Shown: one piece after another, positions 38,701-49,309 of the stretch
How the letters are laid out: every line of letters starts with the position of its first letter
How positions within the stretch are numbered: the stretch's first letter is position 1
Source: Selaginella moellendorffii
Lineage: Eukaryota > Plantae > Lycopodiophyta
Reading direction: 5' to 3'
Length of the DNA stretch: 64,000 nucleotides
Assembly: GCF_000143415.4 (NCBI RefSeq)
Contig: NW_003314266.1
Coordinates: 1 to 64,000 of the forward strand
Notes under the pieces: generated by a model
Told to the model about the DNA's origin: nothing
Database searches by the model: none
The model's input: only the letters and a program-made list of their open reading frames with translations
Position numbers and translations under genes: made by a program

Positions 38701-41397
38701 GAGGCCTCACGCCATTTTGATTATAGATCGTTGTGAATATTCAGACACAAGGACTGAAAAGCGCACTGGTGGCGCGTCGAAGAAGGACAAACAGACAAGC
38801 AATAAGAAAAAAGGAGGTACAAATTATATTTGCAATGGCGTGTGGTCTCATGCCATTCCTTGCAGGAGACACTTCTTCAAAGGCAAAACAGGCAAGCACC
38901 AGCCAAGCTCAAACTGACAGTGGTCATAAAAAGCGAAAGCACGTTGGACAGTCGTCGGGATAAGAGGCGTTTGATTTGAAAAGGAAGAAGGGCAATAAAA
39001 AGATGATAGGTAATGCCTCGCAGTTATGGCGTGTGTGCTCATGCCATTCATTGCAGATCAAGGGCTGAGTGAAAGCAGCCAGTCACCACCTCCTGACTCA
39101 GATTCCTATGGCGGACTCCCCTTACGCAATCTCAATGGAGAGGTACAATGGATGAGGGATGCTTTTCAAGTCAGGGCCACGTTTTTCTCATTTTGTCGTC
39201 TTCAAAGGGTGCAAGAACGTGCAGAAACCATGTTAAGACAGTCGGGTGAGGATACGGTCCTAGGTCACGCACTAAAACAGGCTATGGATGTCTTGTATTT
39301 TGAGATGGAGACTCGGCCAGATGATTTTCCCAAGATGGTCCTGGAAGAACAAGCCATCCAGCCTGAGCAGCCTATGGAAGAAATGCAGGAGAGGGATGAG
39401 GAGCTAGAGAAAGATAATGAGCAGGAAGAGTAGAAGGACGAAGAGGAGGACAAAGAAGAGGAGGACAAAGAAGAGGAGGACAAAGAAGAGGAGGACGAAG
39501 AGGACTTGGATGGTCCTCACAATGGTGACGATCACAATAACGACGACGACGATGATGACGACGATGGCCAGCCTGAGGTGGCCAAAGAGCAGCGGAGGAA
39601 GGTCATACAAGACAAACCATCAGGTAAATAATAGTACATCCATTCCTAACCTTTTACCATTTCTAACATTGTCCATGTAGGTTGCAAAGCAAATGGTAAG
39701 TAGAGATTATTCAGTTGAATTAAGATACAAACTCTAGCCTTCAATGTCGAGGAAGGATAGTGCCAAGCAAAGGTCGAAACGTATGTCCAATCCTTCAGAA
39801 TCAGCAGTGCACCCAAGTGATATTGGTCCTAGTTCCTCAATAGCAGTTGATGGTAAATACAGTATAGTCGATTCAATATGCTAATGAGTTTGTTTTTAGT
39901 AGCCAGTAGGGAGGATACCATCTCAATCGAAGGGAGATATTTGGACATGCATATGGATCCGCCAGTGGACTCTACTTGCTTGCAAGAGTCATCAGAGCTG
40001 GTGGAGGCTACTATCCATATCAACGCCAAGCAAGCTGACCACGCTCCACTTGATGCTACCCATACCACTGAGTCAATCTTGTCCACGTATCCAACTGACG
40101 GTGACCAGGCGCCATTGGACCCATATGAGGCCGCCCCAGCCGCCGAGCCGGTCGTATCCTCATTTCCAATGGACTCAACGTGTGCCCAATCGTCTGACTA
40201 CGCGCTGTTGGAACCTCCCTACACCGCCCCTGCTGCCTGTTCGGTCATGTCCACTTTGCCAACGGAGGCACCAGCTGAAATGGCGTGTGATCACACGCCA
40301 TCGGAACCACCCCATGCCACTGTTGAGCCAGTTGTACCAGAGTCTACAGCTGAAATGGCATGTGCCCACATGCCATCGGATGCGATTGACCCCACATTGC
40401 AAAGGAGAGTATTTCCGCCCTTCACGTTTCCTCGACCAAAACCCTCTCAATGACCATCAGGAGCACCATTTGCTAATATTGTAGATGGTAAAATTGACTT
40501 GTACCATTTTTTATGCTGACGCATTTCATTTCAGAGTCACGGCGAAGGTACTGTATCGTTTTTGATCTGAACGGTGTCCTTTTCTCCCATGAGCGTGGCT
40601 CGTCCTCGAATGTCACTGCACCCTCCAAAGCCTGTGGTCGCAAGTTGGCCAAAAGAGACAGATTCACATTAATCACACGAAAGAAACTGCGGGATCTAAT
40701 AATGACCATGCGACACTTAAAACAGAGGGCTGGGTTCAATTTGCAATTGGGAGTTTGGACATCCATGATGCGCCACAATGCATTAACGTTGCTACAGATG
40801 ATGCACGATCAGACGCGAGTAATATTACCATTTGACTTTCTCCTAACGCAGGAGGATTGCTTGACTATGGTCCATGTGAGGGGTAGCAAGCCCATCTTCG
40901 TCAAGCCAGAGGCTGTAGTGATGAACCGGACTGCTAGGTCAAGTGAAATCCTCATCATCGATGACTCGCCGATTAAAACTGCAGCGAACACGCACACATA
41001 TGCAGTGCACCCCATCTCTTGCAGTATGGAAACTAGGGAGAAGAAACCGTATGTTCTGGGGGACCTTTCAAAACGGCTTGGAGCGATGGTGATAGAGAAC
41101 CGGCCAGTCCAGGAGGTGGCTGCAGAAATCAACCAAATGGCAGATGGCACGGTATATCAGAAGTCATTTGATTGGACAGACACCAGTCATCATTTATGGC
41201 ATGTATATTGTCTAGCCAAACACTATCCGCATCTCCATAATCTGCTCAACCGGATGGGTTCTTCGACCACTGAACATGAGCGTGGACATATTAGAGAAGA
41301 GATGGCATTACTATTGGGTTTAAATCCTGATAGTGTGGAGAGTGATGAAATTCCAAGATTATTGTATAGGCGTTGGAGGCAAAAAATAACAGTCTGA
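35755..41397 (+). pseudogene. Spliced cargo gene: ParB/Srx-like domain, N4/N6-MTase-like fold, acidic linker, FCP1/NIF HAD phosphatase domain
   Basis: ATG then GT-AG introns 35758-35996, 37176-37229, 38552-38601, 38689-38744, 38817-38865, 39010-39056 and 40488-40534 keep frame; stops at 36600, 36810, 38961, 39431 and 40451; frameshift ~37748; exon structure in 39620-39900 unresolved; motifs YNHR..EKLKQKM, YAVSGQHS, AQN; VVEYNCGG..AALLKG; FDLNGVL, WTS, IIDDS. Confidence 0.7.
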
Positions 41398-42322
41398 GAT
41401 GGCATGTATTTATTTAAAAATGTAACTTATTATGGCATGGGGTTCCATGCCATTGTATTAATATTAAAAGACAATTCTTTGAGAGGATTTGCATTATACT
41501 AGAAGTGTTATAGCATGTTATTGGAAGTCTACGAAGTTGTTTTATTAATAAGGGGAAAGTAAAGATTGAATGGGGACTTGGGCTCCACTTAGACTCGGAG
41601 CAACTGAGCCAATATTAAAAGGATGGAAAGAAATTGGACGACGATGACAAGGAGAAGAAAGAGGTGAAGCAGTGGCAGGGGGAGGAGAAGTGATTGAGTA
41701 GACATTTCTTTGTTTAAAATAAAATGGCATGTGCCTCAATGCAGTTGAATTTTGTTATATTTATATACTATATAAAGGTTTGGAAACCTTATTTTACAAG
41801 TGGGATAATGACAATTCCCACTTTAACGAAATAGAGCTTAAGTGGGAAGGACACCTAAGGGAAATGAACTACGACGATACAATGGTATTGTGAGTTCAAG
41901 AAAGTAGTCTCTAGAAAGGACCTATGGAAGGGTCACAATGTTGGGCCATGGAAGGGGCCTATAGCAGAAGTTGCTAAAAAGATTTATTAGGGGTGAGCAC
42001 CCTCTGGACTTGGCGAAGTGGAGCTTTGCCATGGAACCAAAAGAATACCTCAAGGAGGGAGGTAGTGATCCTTTGTTGCTTGATGCAACCATCAATAGAT
42101 AAGAGCAAAAAACTAGTGGCCAAGTTTGGGTTATGGAATTTAATGGGAAGAATTCAAATGGCAAGGTTAGCCAAGGAACACTAATATGTTTGATGCTAAT
42201 AGATTGCGGGAAAGGAAGTGGACTTCTAAGGTTAGATTCCCAAGTGTTCCAATTTGGCAAAGTAAAAGCTCCAAGTGAGAAGCGGCAAAGTAGCCAAAGG
42301 ATAGGGCTGTGGACAGCCCTAG

Positions 42323-43468
42323 TGTAAGGAACCAACTCACCGAAGTGTCGTAGGATAAAGGAGCCCCGAAAGCTTGACCAAAATGATAAAGAGTTCATCG
42401 GAGGAGACCAAGTCTAAGATCAAGTCCAAGACCGACTCTAAGATCGAGTTCGAGATAGAGTCCGGAATCGAGTCCGAGACCGACTCGGAGACCGAGTTCG
42501 AGACCGAGCTCGAGACGGAGTCCGAGATCCGAAATCAGGTCCGAGACCGAGTCCGAGGTCGAGTCCGAGGTCGGGTCCGAGATCGGGTCCAAGATCGAGT
42601 CCGAGATCGAGTCCGAGACCGAAACCGAAGTCGGATCCGAGATCGAGTCCGAGATCGAGCCAGAAACTAAGTCCGAGTACTAATACAGGTCAAGGGGTGA
42701 AATCCCAAAGCATGCGTCTCCCAAGGGGGGGGTGCTGCAGGGGGTTCCAAAAGTATAGTAGGGATAGTGAGGTCCAGGAACCAATCTTGAAGGAACTCTC
42801 CAGTGGGGCTTCCAAACTGACTTGAGGTTGAGACTGGGGCCAAGGGGCCTTGGGTGAGAGTGAGCATGGGCTTGAGTGGTGCTGGAGTGGCCACCTAGGG
42901 AAGTGCTCAAGAGCAGCTCCCACTCCCGAAAGGGAAACCGACTGCGGTGCTCCTGGCTCATGTGGAGTGGTGCCCCACTTGAGTACCTTGTGGCTCATTG
43001 GTCCTCGCACTTCCTAAGGGCTTGGGCCTTCCTTTGGGATGGAAGTGGGGGGGTAGAGGTACCTATACCGGGCCATTAGGCCACAGTGTTTCGCCCCGAC
43101 GTCCTGAAGCAAGTGCTACACCCAAGGCTTGGAATTTAGAGGGTCCCATGATCAAGTCTTGTGGTACCAAGGGGTGTTAGGAATCTGGAGGCTTGGTGTG
43201 CTTGGCTGCTTGTGCCTGCAGGGAGTGTAGCCGAACCTTAAGTCCAGTCTAACCCGGGGAGGGGGATTGGGAGTGATTTGGGAATCCGTGGATGGATGGC
43301 TAACACTCCGTCGCTCGTGCAGTGAGTAGCTGAAACCAAGTAGGACCAAGTAGGAGCTGGTACCATAGGCGAGAACCTTGGCGAGGGAACTTAGCACAAG
43401 CCAAGGCAGTGTTGGCCGGATAGACGAGGTAAGCTGGCAAATTAGAAAGGAAAAATTTCTAGCTTACA
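42323..43468. mobile_element. Solo LTR (family Z)
   Basis: TG..CA ends; CCTAG/CCTGG 5-bp TSD; inverted copy of 21099-22253. Confidence 0.9.
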
Positions 43469-45448
43469 CCTGGCACAAATGATAATAATTGGAATGTAGT
43501 GCCAAGGGTGGCACAAAATAGAAAAGAGGATGATGGTGCCCTCAAGTAGAGAACTTCCTAGGATAAGGAAGTGGACTTGCATAATATGTGCAATGCAATG
43601 TGTCAGAGACACCTAGGAAATTGACTTCAAGAAGTCAAAAGTAAATGTTCCAAAGTACAAAGGTTATGTCGATAGAATCTGAGACTACTCAAGAATGAGT
43701 AGTGGAATTAAGTTAGAGACGATGTCTCTAACGGGTTTAGCAAGAACAGAACCAATAAAAGGGAGCAAACCACCCCAGGTGGCCGAATGAGTCTCTATGT
43801 TGGAGAGACTATGCTCCTTAGAGGATGGACAAGGCATGGTGAGCCTTTGGTGTCAAACCATAGACAAATATTGGCTAGGTGCCAAGGATGGAACTGGTAA
43901 CACGTGCGGGTGTTATTTTATAAGAGGGTTTACCGTTCGATGAGAACATCAAACTTCGTCTATGGGTGGTGGAGTTGTGAGACACAAAATCCCTAGGCCC
44001 CAAAGTGGAGCTGGAAGGGTGCCATGTGTTGGTGGCCGAAGCGAAAACCAAACGAGCGTAACACGTTTGGACTAAAAAGCTCCGACTTGAAAAGGTCGAG
44101 AGTGGGAGTGGAACTCCTAACGAAGTGCTCGAGGAACGAGCACAAAGCAAGCAATAAATGAGGCTTCAAAAAAGGACCCAAAAAGGACCAACACATGACA
44201 CGTGGAAGTGTCCGAGATGGACCCGAGATGGAGTCCGAGATGGAGTCCGAGGTGGGATCCGAGATGGACCCGAGATGGAGTTCGAGATGGAGTCTGAGAC
44301 GGACCCAAGATGGAGTCCAAGATAGACCTGAGATGGAGTCCGAGATGGAGTCCAAGATGGAGTCCGAGATGGAACTGAGACCGAGACCGAGACCGAGACC
44401 GAGACCAAGTCCGAGTCTGAAACCGGGACCAAGACCGAGTCTGAGTCCGAGTTCGAGCCCGAGTCCGAGTCTGAATATTAATACAGGCAGTTGGGTGAAA
44501 GCCCAAAGCGCTCGTCCCCCAGGGGGGGGGGGGGGCTGCGGGGGGTTCCAAAAGTATAGTAGGGAGAGTGTAGGGGTTGGAGCCTAGTGGAGCCAATTTA
44601 GCCAGGAAGGGCCAGTTTGGCCCAGGAAAGGCCAGTTTGGCCCATGAAGGCCATACCCAGTGTTGGGTGATGAACTGACCACTGGGAAGTCCAAGACTAA
44701 AGTGAATATGGACCGACAAGCGGGGTAGCTTGGTGAAGTGTTCAAGAGTCGGCTCTAGTTCCCCCAGGAGATCGACTGGCCGATGCTCCCAGTCCAAGTG
44801 TGGGTGGCACTACCTACTTGGATACCTGGTGTGGCTCAACAGAACCTCGTTCTAAGCTCATGGCTAGAGCACCCAAAGGCGGAAGGCGGGGAGTGTACCA
44901 ATGAGGCCCGCGTAGGGCCATGGTGTTCCGAAATGTTGTCCCAAAGGCCCAGACTGTGGAAAGGAAGAGGAGTAGTCCTCTAGTGTAGTGACCAAGGATA
45001 CAGTCGTGTGGTGAGGAAGTCCCAGAGGACCGTGGGACTTAGTGGTCGGGCCTGTGGGCCTTGATCCAGTGGCAGTGTTGGCAAACACGGCCAAGGACAG
45101 AAAGGGACTTTGTGGGGACCAGAAAGGAGATATTGGGGAAGGTTATTCCCTACGTCTGTGGGCATCCTAAGGATGCTAAAGAGTGGATCTGGGATGACCA
45201 TTCATAGACGGATGGCCCAGTCTTGGAGAGACGGGATTGCAATGCAGGTGTTGTTGGACCACCGATGTGACTAAGGTGATTGGGCATGGCCTAGCGTAAC
45301 AAGTTGGTATGTTGGTGGTGCCTTGGGGTGTCAGTCATGGGACCGGACATGTGGAGCACCAGGACCAAGTGCAAAGGTTGAGTGGCATGGATGTCATTCT
45401 CGGGGCTAGCAGGCCCCAAGTCCTAAGTGGGACTTATGGAGGTTGTGA

Positions 45449-46100
45449 TCCTATTGTATATATAAGCCATACATTACAACCAGTGGAGGTAAAATACTCC
45501 ACGATAGAGAAGAAGTGTTTAGCAATAGTCTGGGGTTTCGAGAAACTTCATACATATCTACATAGTTCTCGGACGTTACTTGAAGGTGACCATGCTACCG
45601 TTACTTCATTATTGAAACGAAAGAACTTGGTTGGTCATATTGCTTAGTAGGATTTGAAGTTTCAGATATATGATTTTGATGTTGTTCATCGCCCAAGGAG
45701 TTCTATGGCTAATGCTGATACCCTTTCTCGAGCTCCTCTTCCGTCTCCAATCTCTTCTCATGTTTTTAACGAGTCTGTTGTTCCAGCATTTGTGGATTTT
45801 CTAGACGAGGATTCTGTTGCGTCAACAGTTGCTGTACTTGACATTCAGTGTCCACAAGGTGCAAAGCAAGATCTATCTTCTCTTGATGAAGTTCACAAGG
45901 CTCAAAAGATTGAGCCATGGATTCGAAGGCTTCGAGATGGGTTTGAGAATCCTACATCACTTGCTGATGACTTGCATTTCCGGCATTTATATCACTTTGA
46001 AACGGCCTTCTTTATTTTGTGGGGATGGATCTTGATGATCATTTACAGCTGGTGGTGCCTTTTGTCCTTATTCCATGGTTTAGAAACTTTGATATTTCAC
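45449..46100 (+). pseudogene. Gypsy RNase H fragment from a different family
   Basis: PIVYISHTLQPVEVKYSTIEKKCLAIVWGFEKLHTYL...FDVVHRPRSSMANADTLSR. Confidence 0.8.
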
Positions 46101-46194
46101 CCTCGCGATGCTTTTATATAACCATTTAAAATATTCCAAGAATTCAAATATTCTCTCCCTCTCTCAAAATGCTCACAATTGTAATTGGGGGTGT

Positions 46195-46264
46195 AGGAGG
46201 AGTAGGAGTAAGAGTGGGAGTAAGAGTGGGAGTAGGAGTGAGAGTAGGAGCGAGAGTAGGAGTA
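46195..46264. repeat. GAGTRR hexamer microsatellite
   Basis: GAGTAG/GAGTAA/GAGTGG run. Confidence 0.8.
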
Positions 46265-46472
46265 AATGGCTATAGCTACAACATTAATAATCACCTTTAG
46301 TATATCATAAAGAACTTTGTCCATTATCTATTAAAAATTTGCTAGGGCATTGTTCAAATTGAATGGCATTGTATAAACTAAATGATGTATAGAAAATAGT
46401 CTTAAGAAATATTCTCCTCATCCATTGGCATTTGCTACTATCCAGAAGTAAGATCTAATTTGGTGAACTAGT

Positions 46473-47960
46473 TGTAAGCCACAAAGTTTCTTTTTCTAAT
46501 TTGCCAATTTACTTCATCTATTTGACCATTTTTGTTTTGGCCTCAGTTAAGTTTCCTCACCAATGTTCCCACCTATTATACCAACTCTTACTTAGACTTA
46601 TTTGGATTTAGCTACTCACTACACGTGTTAGTCATCCATCTACAGGTTCCTAAATTCTCTTTTAATCCCCCTCTCTGGGTTAGATTGGATATAAAGTTTA
46701 ACTACACTCCCTACAAACATAAATAACTAAGCACACCAATCCTTTAAATTCCCAATATCACTTAATATAACAAAATGTAAGCAACAAAAAAGAACGACTC
46801 AAAAGATGATTCATAGGGGTTCAAATATAAAGGGAAAAACCCCATGAACAAAAATACACCCCATTTTTCAATCAGTTAAGAGTTTTGGGATTCTTGGGGT
46901 TAAACATTCTTTGGTTTGAATAGTACTATGTTGGGTGACCTTTTAAGAAGTCCAAATTTAGGAGTTTACATTTGGTATCAGAGAGATCTCGAGTCCAATT
47001 ATGTTAGTTAGCTTAAGGGAATCATACCATATGTTGATTAACATCTATTAAGTCTAGTATGCTCTGGCTAAGCTCAACCCGAAGGATAGGATGTCAAGAG
47101 AGCAAGGCTCTTGGAAGGGTTGTAGCTTTTAACTTTTGTTCACGAGGGTGTGAATTTGTAAAAAAGCATGGGTTTGAATAGTAATTGGTTGGGTGGCTTC
47201 CCTAGAAGTCTAAATTCAAGAGTTTATTAATTATAAGCCATAAATTTATTTTTCTAATTTGCTAGCTTATCTTGTCTATCCAACCACCACTGTCTTAGCC
47301 TTAATTAAATTCTTTGGCCAAGGTTCTTGCCTATTGTACCAACTTCTACTTTGTCATACTTAATTTCAACTACTCACTGCATGAATAATAAAGTGTTAAC
47401 CATCCATTCATGGATTCCCAAATTCTCTCTAAATCCCCTTCCCCGGATTAGACTAAATTTAAGGTTTAGCTACACTCCCCACAAGCACAAGCAGCTAAGC
47501 ACACTAAGCCTTCAGGTTCCTAACATCCCTTGGTACAACAAAATTTGATCATAGGTTAAATCCCAAACCTTTGGTGCATCACTTACTTCATGACCCCGAA
47601 AAAAAACACCATGGCCTAACAGCCCAATATGGGTATCCCTACTCCCCCACTTCCATGCCAAAAGGAAGGCCCAAGCCTCTAAAAAGAAGTGAGGACTAAT
47701 AAACCACAAGGTACTCAAGTAGAGCATCATTCCATATGAGTCAAGAGCACTACAATTGGTTTCCCTTCCAGGAGTGGGAGCTGATTTTGAGCACTTCCTT
47801 GGGTAGCCTCTTTACCACCACCCGAGTCCATGCTCACTCCTACCCAAGGCCCTTAATCCCCAATCTCAACCTCAAATCGGTTTGGAAGCACTACTGGAGA
47901 GTTCCTTCAAAACTAACTCTTAAACTTCACTATCCTTATTATACTTTCGGAGTTTATATT
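46473..47960. mobile_element. Degenerate family Z LTR copies flanking a Cassandra-like TRIM
   Basis: 46473-46775 and ~47232-47960 align with 21099-21820. Confidence 0.7.
46776..47228 (+). mobile_element. Cassandra-like TRIM (LTR, PBS, short internal region, truncated LTR)
   Basis: LTR 46776-46970 with 5S-like segment; PBS TGGTATCAGAG at 46973; partial second LTR from 47157. Confidence 0.75.
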
Positions 47961-48339
47961 TTCCATAAATAACCAATGGGACCAAAACAGGACTAACACA
48001 AAATGCATGATAGCAAAAGTATTTGGCAAATATAGTAAATTATTATTTGGCGATATTGAGGGATTAATCTCAATACACAGGGGTTTTGTAGACAAAAACC
48101 CTAAGTATACTTAGCTAATAGTATATAGAAATTTCATCCTTATGTTAGTTTAGTCTAAGTACACTCAAAATCCCAATTAATTCTACTACCACAAAAGGGA
48201 CTAATAAAGAGTCTAACAATATTAATCTCTTGTCGTTATAGCAATAAAGAAAGAATATTTAAAAGGACTAATCAACAGGTAACTTTTGATACCCATAATC
48301 ACAATACACCTAAGGATTTTGAAATTTTCAGATATCACC

Positions 48340-49046
48340 TGTAGTGCATGTGATCATGGGATGAGATTTGAATATACTGTCACCGTGGATCTTTAAAACT
48401 TTAGGGGATAAATAGATATAAAATAACCATTAAAGGCTCTTTCATCAAGCAATTGCCCTTTTTCCAATTGGCTTAAAAGGGAGAGAGATAAAGTGTAATA
48501 CATGTGGTATCAGAGAAAATGGCACATGTTTGATTCCCATTGATTAGTGGCTCCTTAAAAAAAATATAATATACCCTTGAGCAAGGTATATTCCTACCTC
48601 TAAATTTGAAATCGTATGTATTGGGCATCCATGTGTCCTTCTTTTTGGTGGAGCATCCATGGACGAAGGTATTCACCGTGGGACTAAAGTATGGGTGGAT
48701 AACTAGTTGCCTCACATGGAATAGCTGGTTTACACAATGGAAGGATTGGTATAACTGGTCTACACAATGGAAGTATTGGTAAATTCAGTACCGAAATGGA
48801 GGTGTTAGTTCCCTTTGGCTTAATAAGGGTTGTTAGTCAATAGTCAATAAGAACATTCATATCTCTAAAGGGGGGGGGGGTGAGTGTAATGCATGTGATC
48901 ATAGAATGAGATTTGGATATACTATCATTGTGGATCCTTGGAACCTTCGGGGATAAATGGGGATAAAATAGCTACTAAGTGCTCTTTCATCAAGCAATTG
49001 CCCTTTTTCTAGTTGGCTTAAGGGGAGATAAATAAAGTGCACTACA
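48340..49046 (+). mobile_element. TRIM
   Basis: LTRs 48340-~48502 and 48885-49046; PBS; poly-G PPT; TCACC/ACACC TSD. Confidence 0.9.
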
Positions 49047-49309
49047 ACACCCTTTTCCAACATCTCTTTGATATTTGTGTGTAAAACTTTGATTTCCTTT
49101 GATGACTGATACTAAATAAAAACCTTAATTAAATGAGAATTTTTAGTTGGAATAGGATAACACATTGCAATTCTAGCCTTAAGTGATAGATCAAAATTAA
49201 ATAAATAAAAAATCTCCTTTTTGAGTCAATCAATTGTTACAACACAAAAGCTATCTAAGGGATCTAGAGAAGAATACAAACACAAAAAGGAAACACAATA
49301 AAAAGTAAT

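Larger units (their letters stand above)
29339..41452. repeat. Dispersed 20-bp palindrome TGGCRTGWGGCCWCAYGCCA, about 20 copies
   Basis: Starts at 29339, 29428, 30028, 30188, 30334, 31675, 31732, 33335, 33405 (perfect), 33503, 35784, 35861, 35921, 37198, 38695, 38836, 39027, 40281 (perfect), 40356, 41433. Confidence 0.95.
28796..41839. mobile_element. 13-kb Sola-like DNA transposon with cargo gene
   Basis: 24-bp TIRs ATGCTCTATTTCGTTAAAGTGGGA / TCCCACTTTAACGAAATAGAGCTT (1 mismatch); 4-bp TSD AAGT (28792-28795 and 41840-41843); internal DDD transposase. Confidence 0.92.
23915..45448 (+). mobile_element. Large LTR element (family W), apparently non-coding (LARD-like), hosting nested insertions
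   Basis: 5' LTR 23915-25721 followed by PBS TGGTATCGGAGC; PPT GGGTGGTGGAGT then 3' LTR 43976-~45448 (truncated) closely matching the 5' LTR; no recognisable gag/pol inside. Confidence 0.8.

Noticed and set aside
35755-41397. Bacterial contamination or prophage explaining the ParB/MTase-like domains
   Set aside because: The gene has multiple frame-preserving spliceosomal introns and lies within TIRs and a TSD nested in a plant LTR element.
29339-41452. Palindromes as a CRISPR array
   Set aside because: Spacing is irregular (tens of bp to kb), copies lie in introns and exons, no cas genes are present, and the context is eukaryotic.
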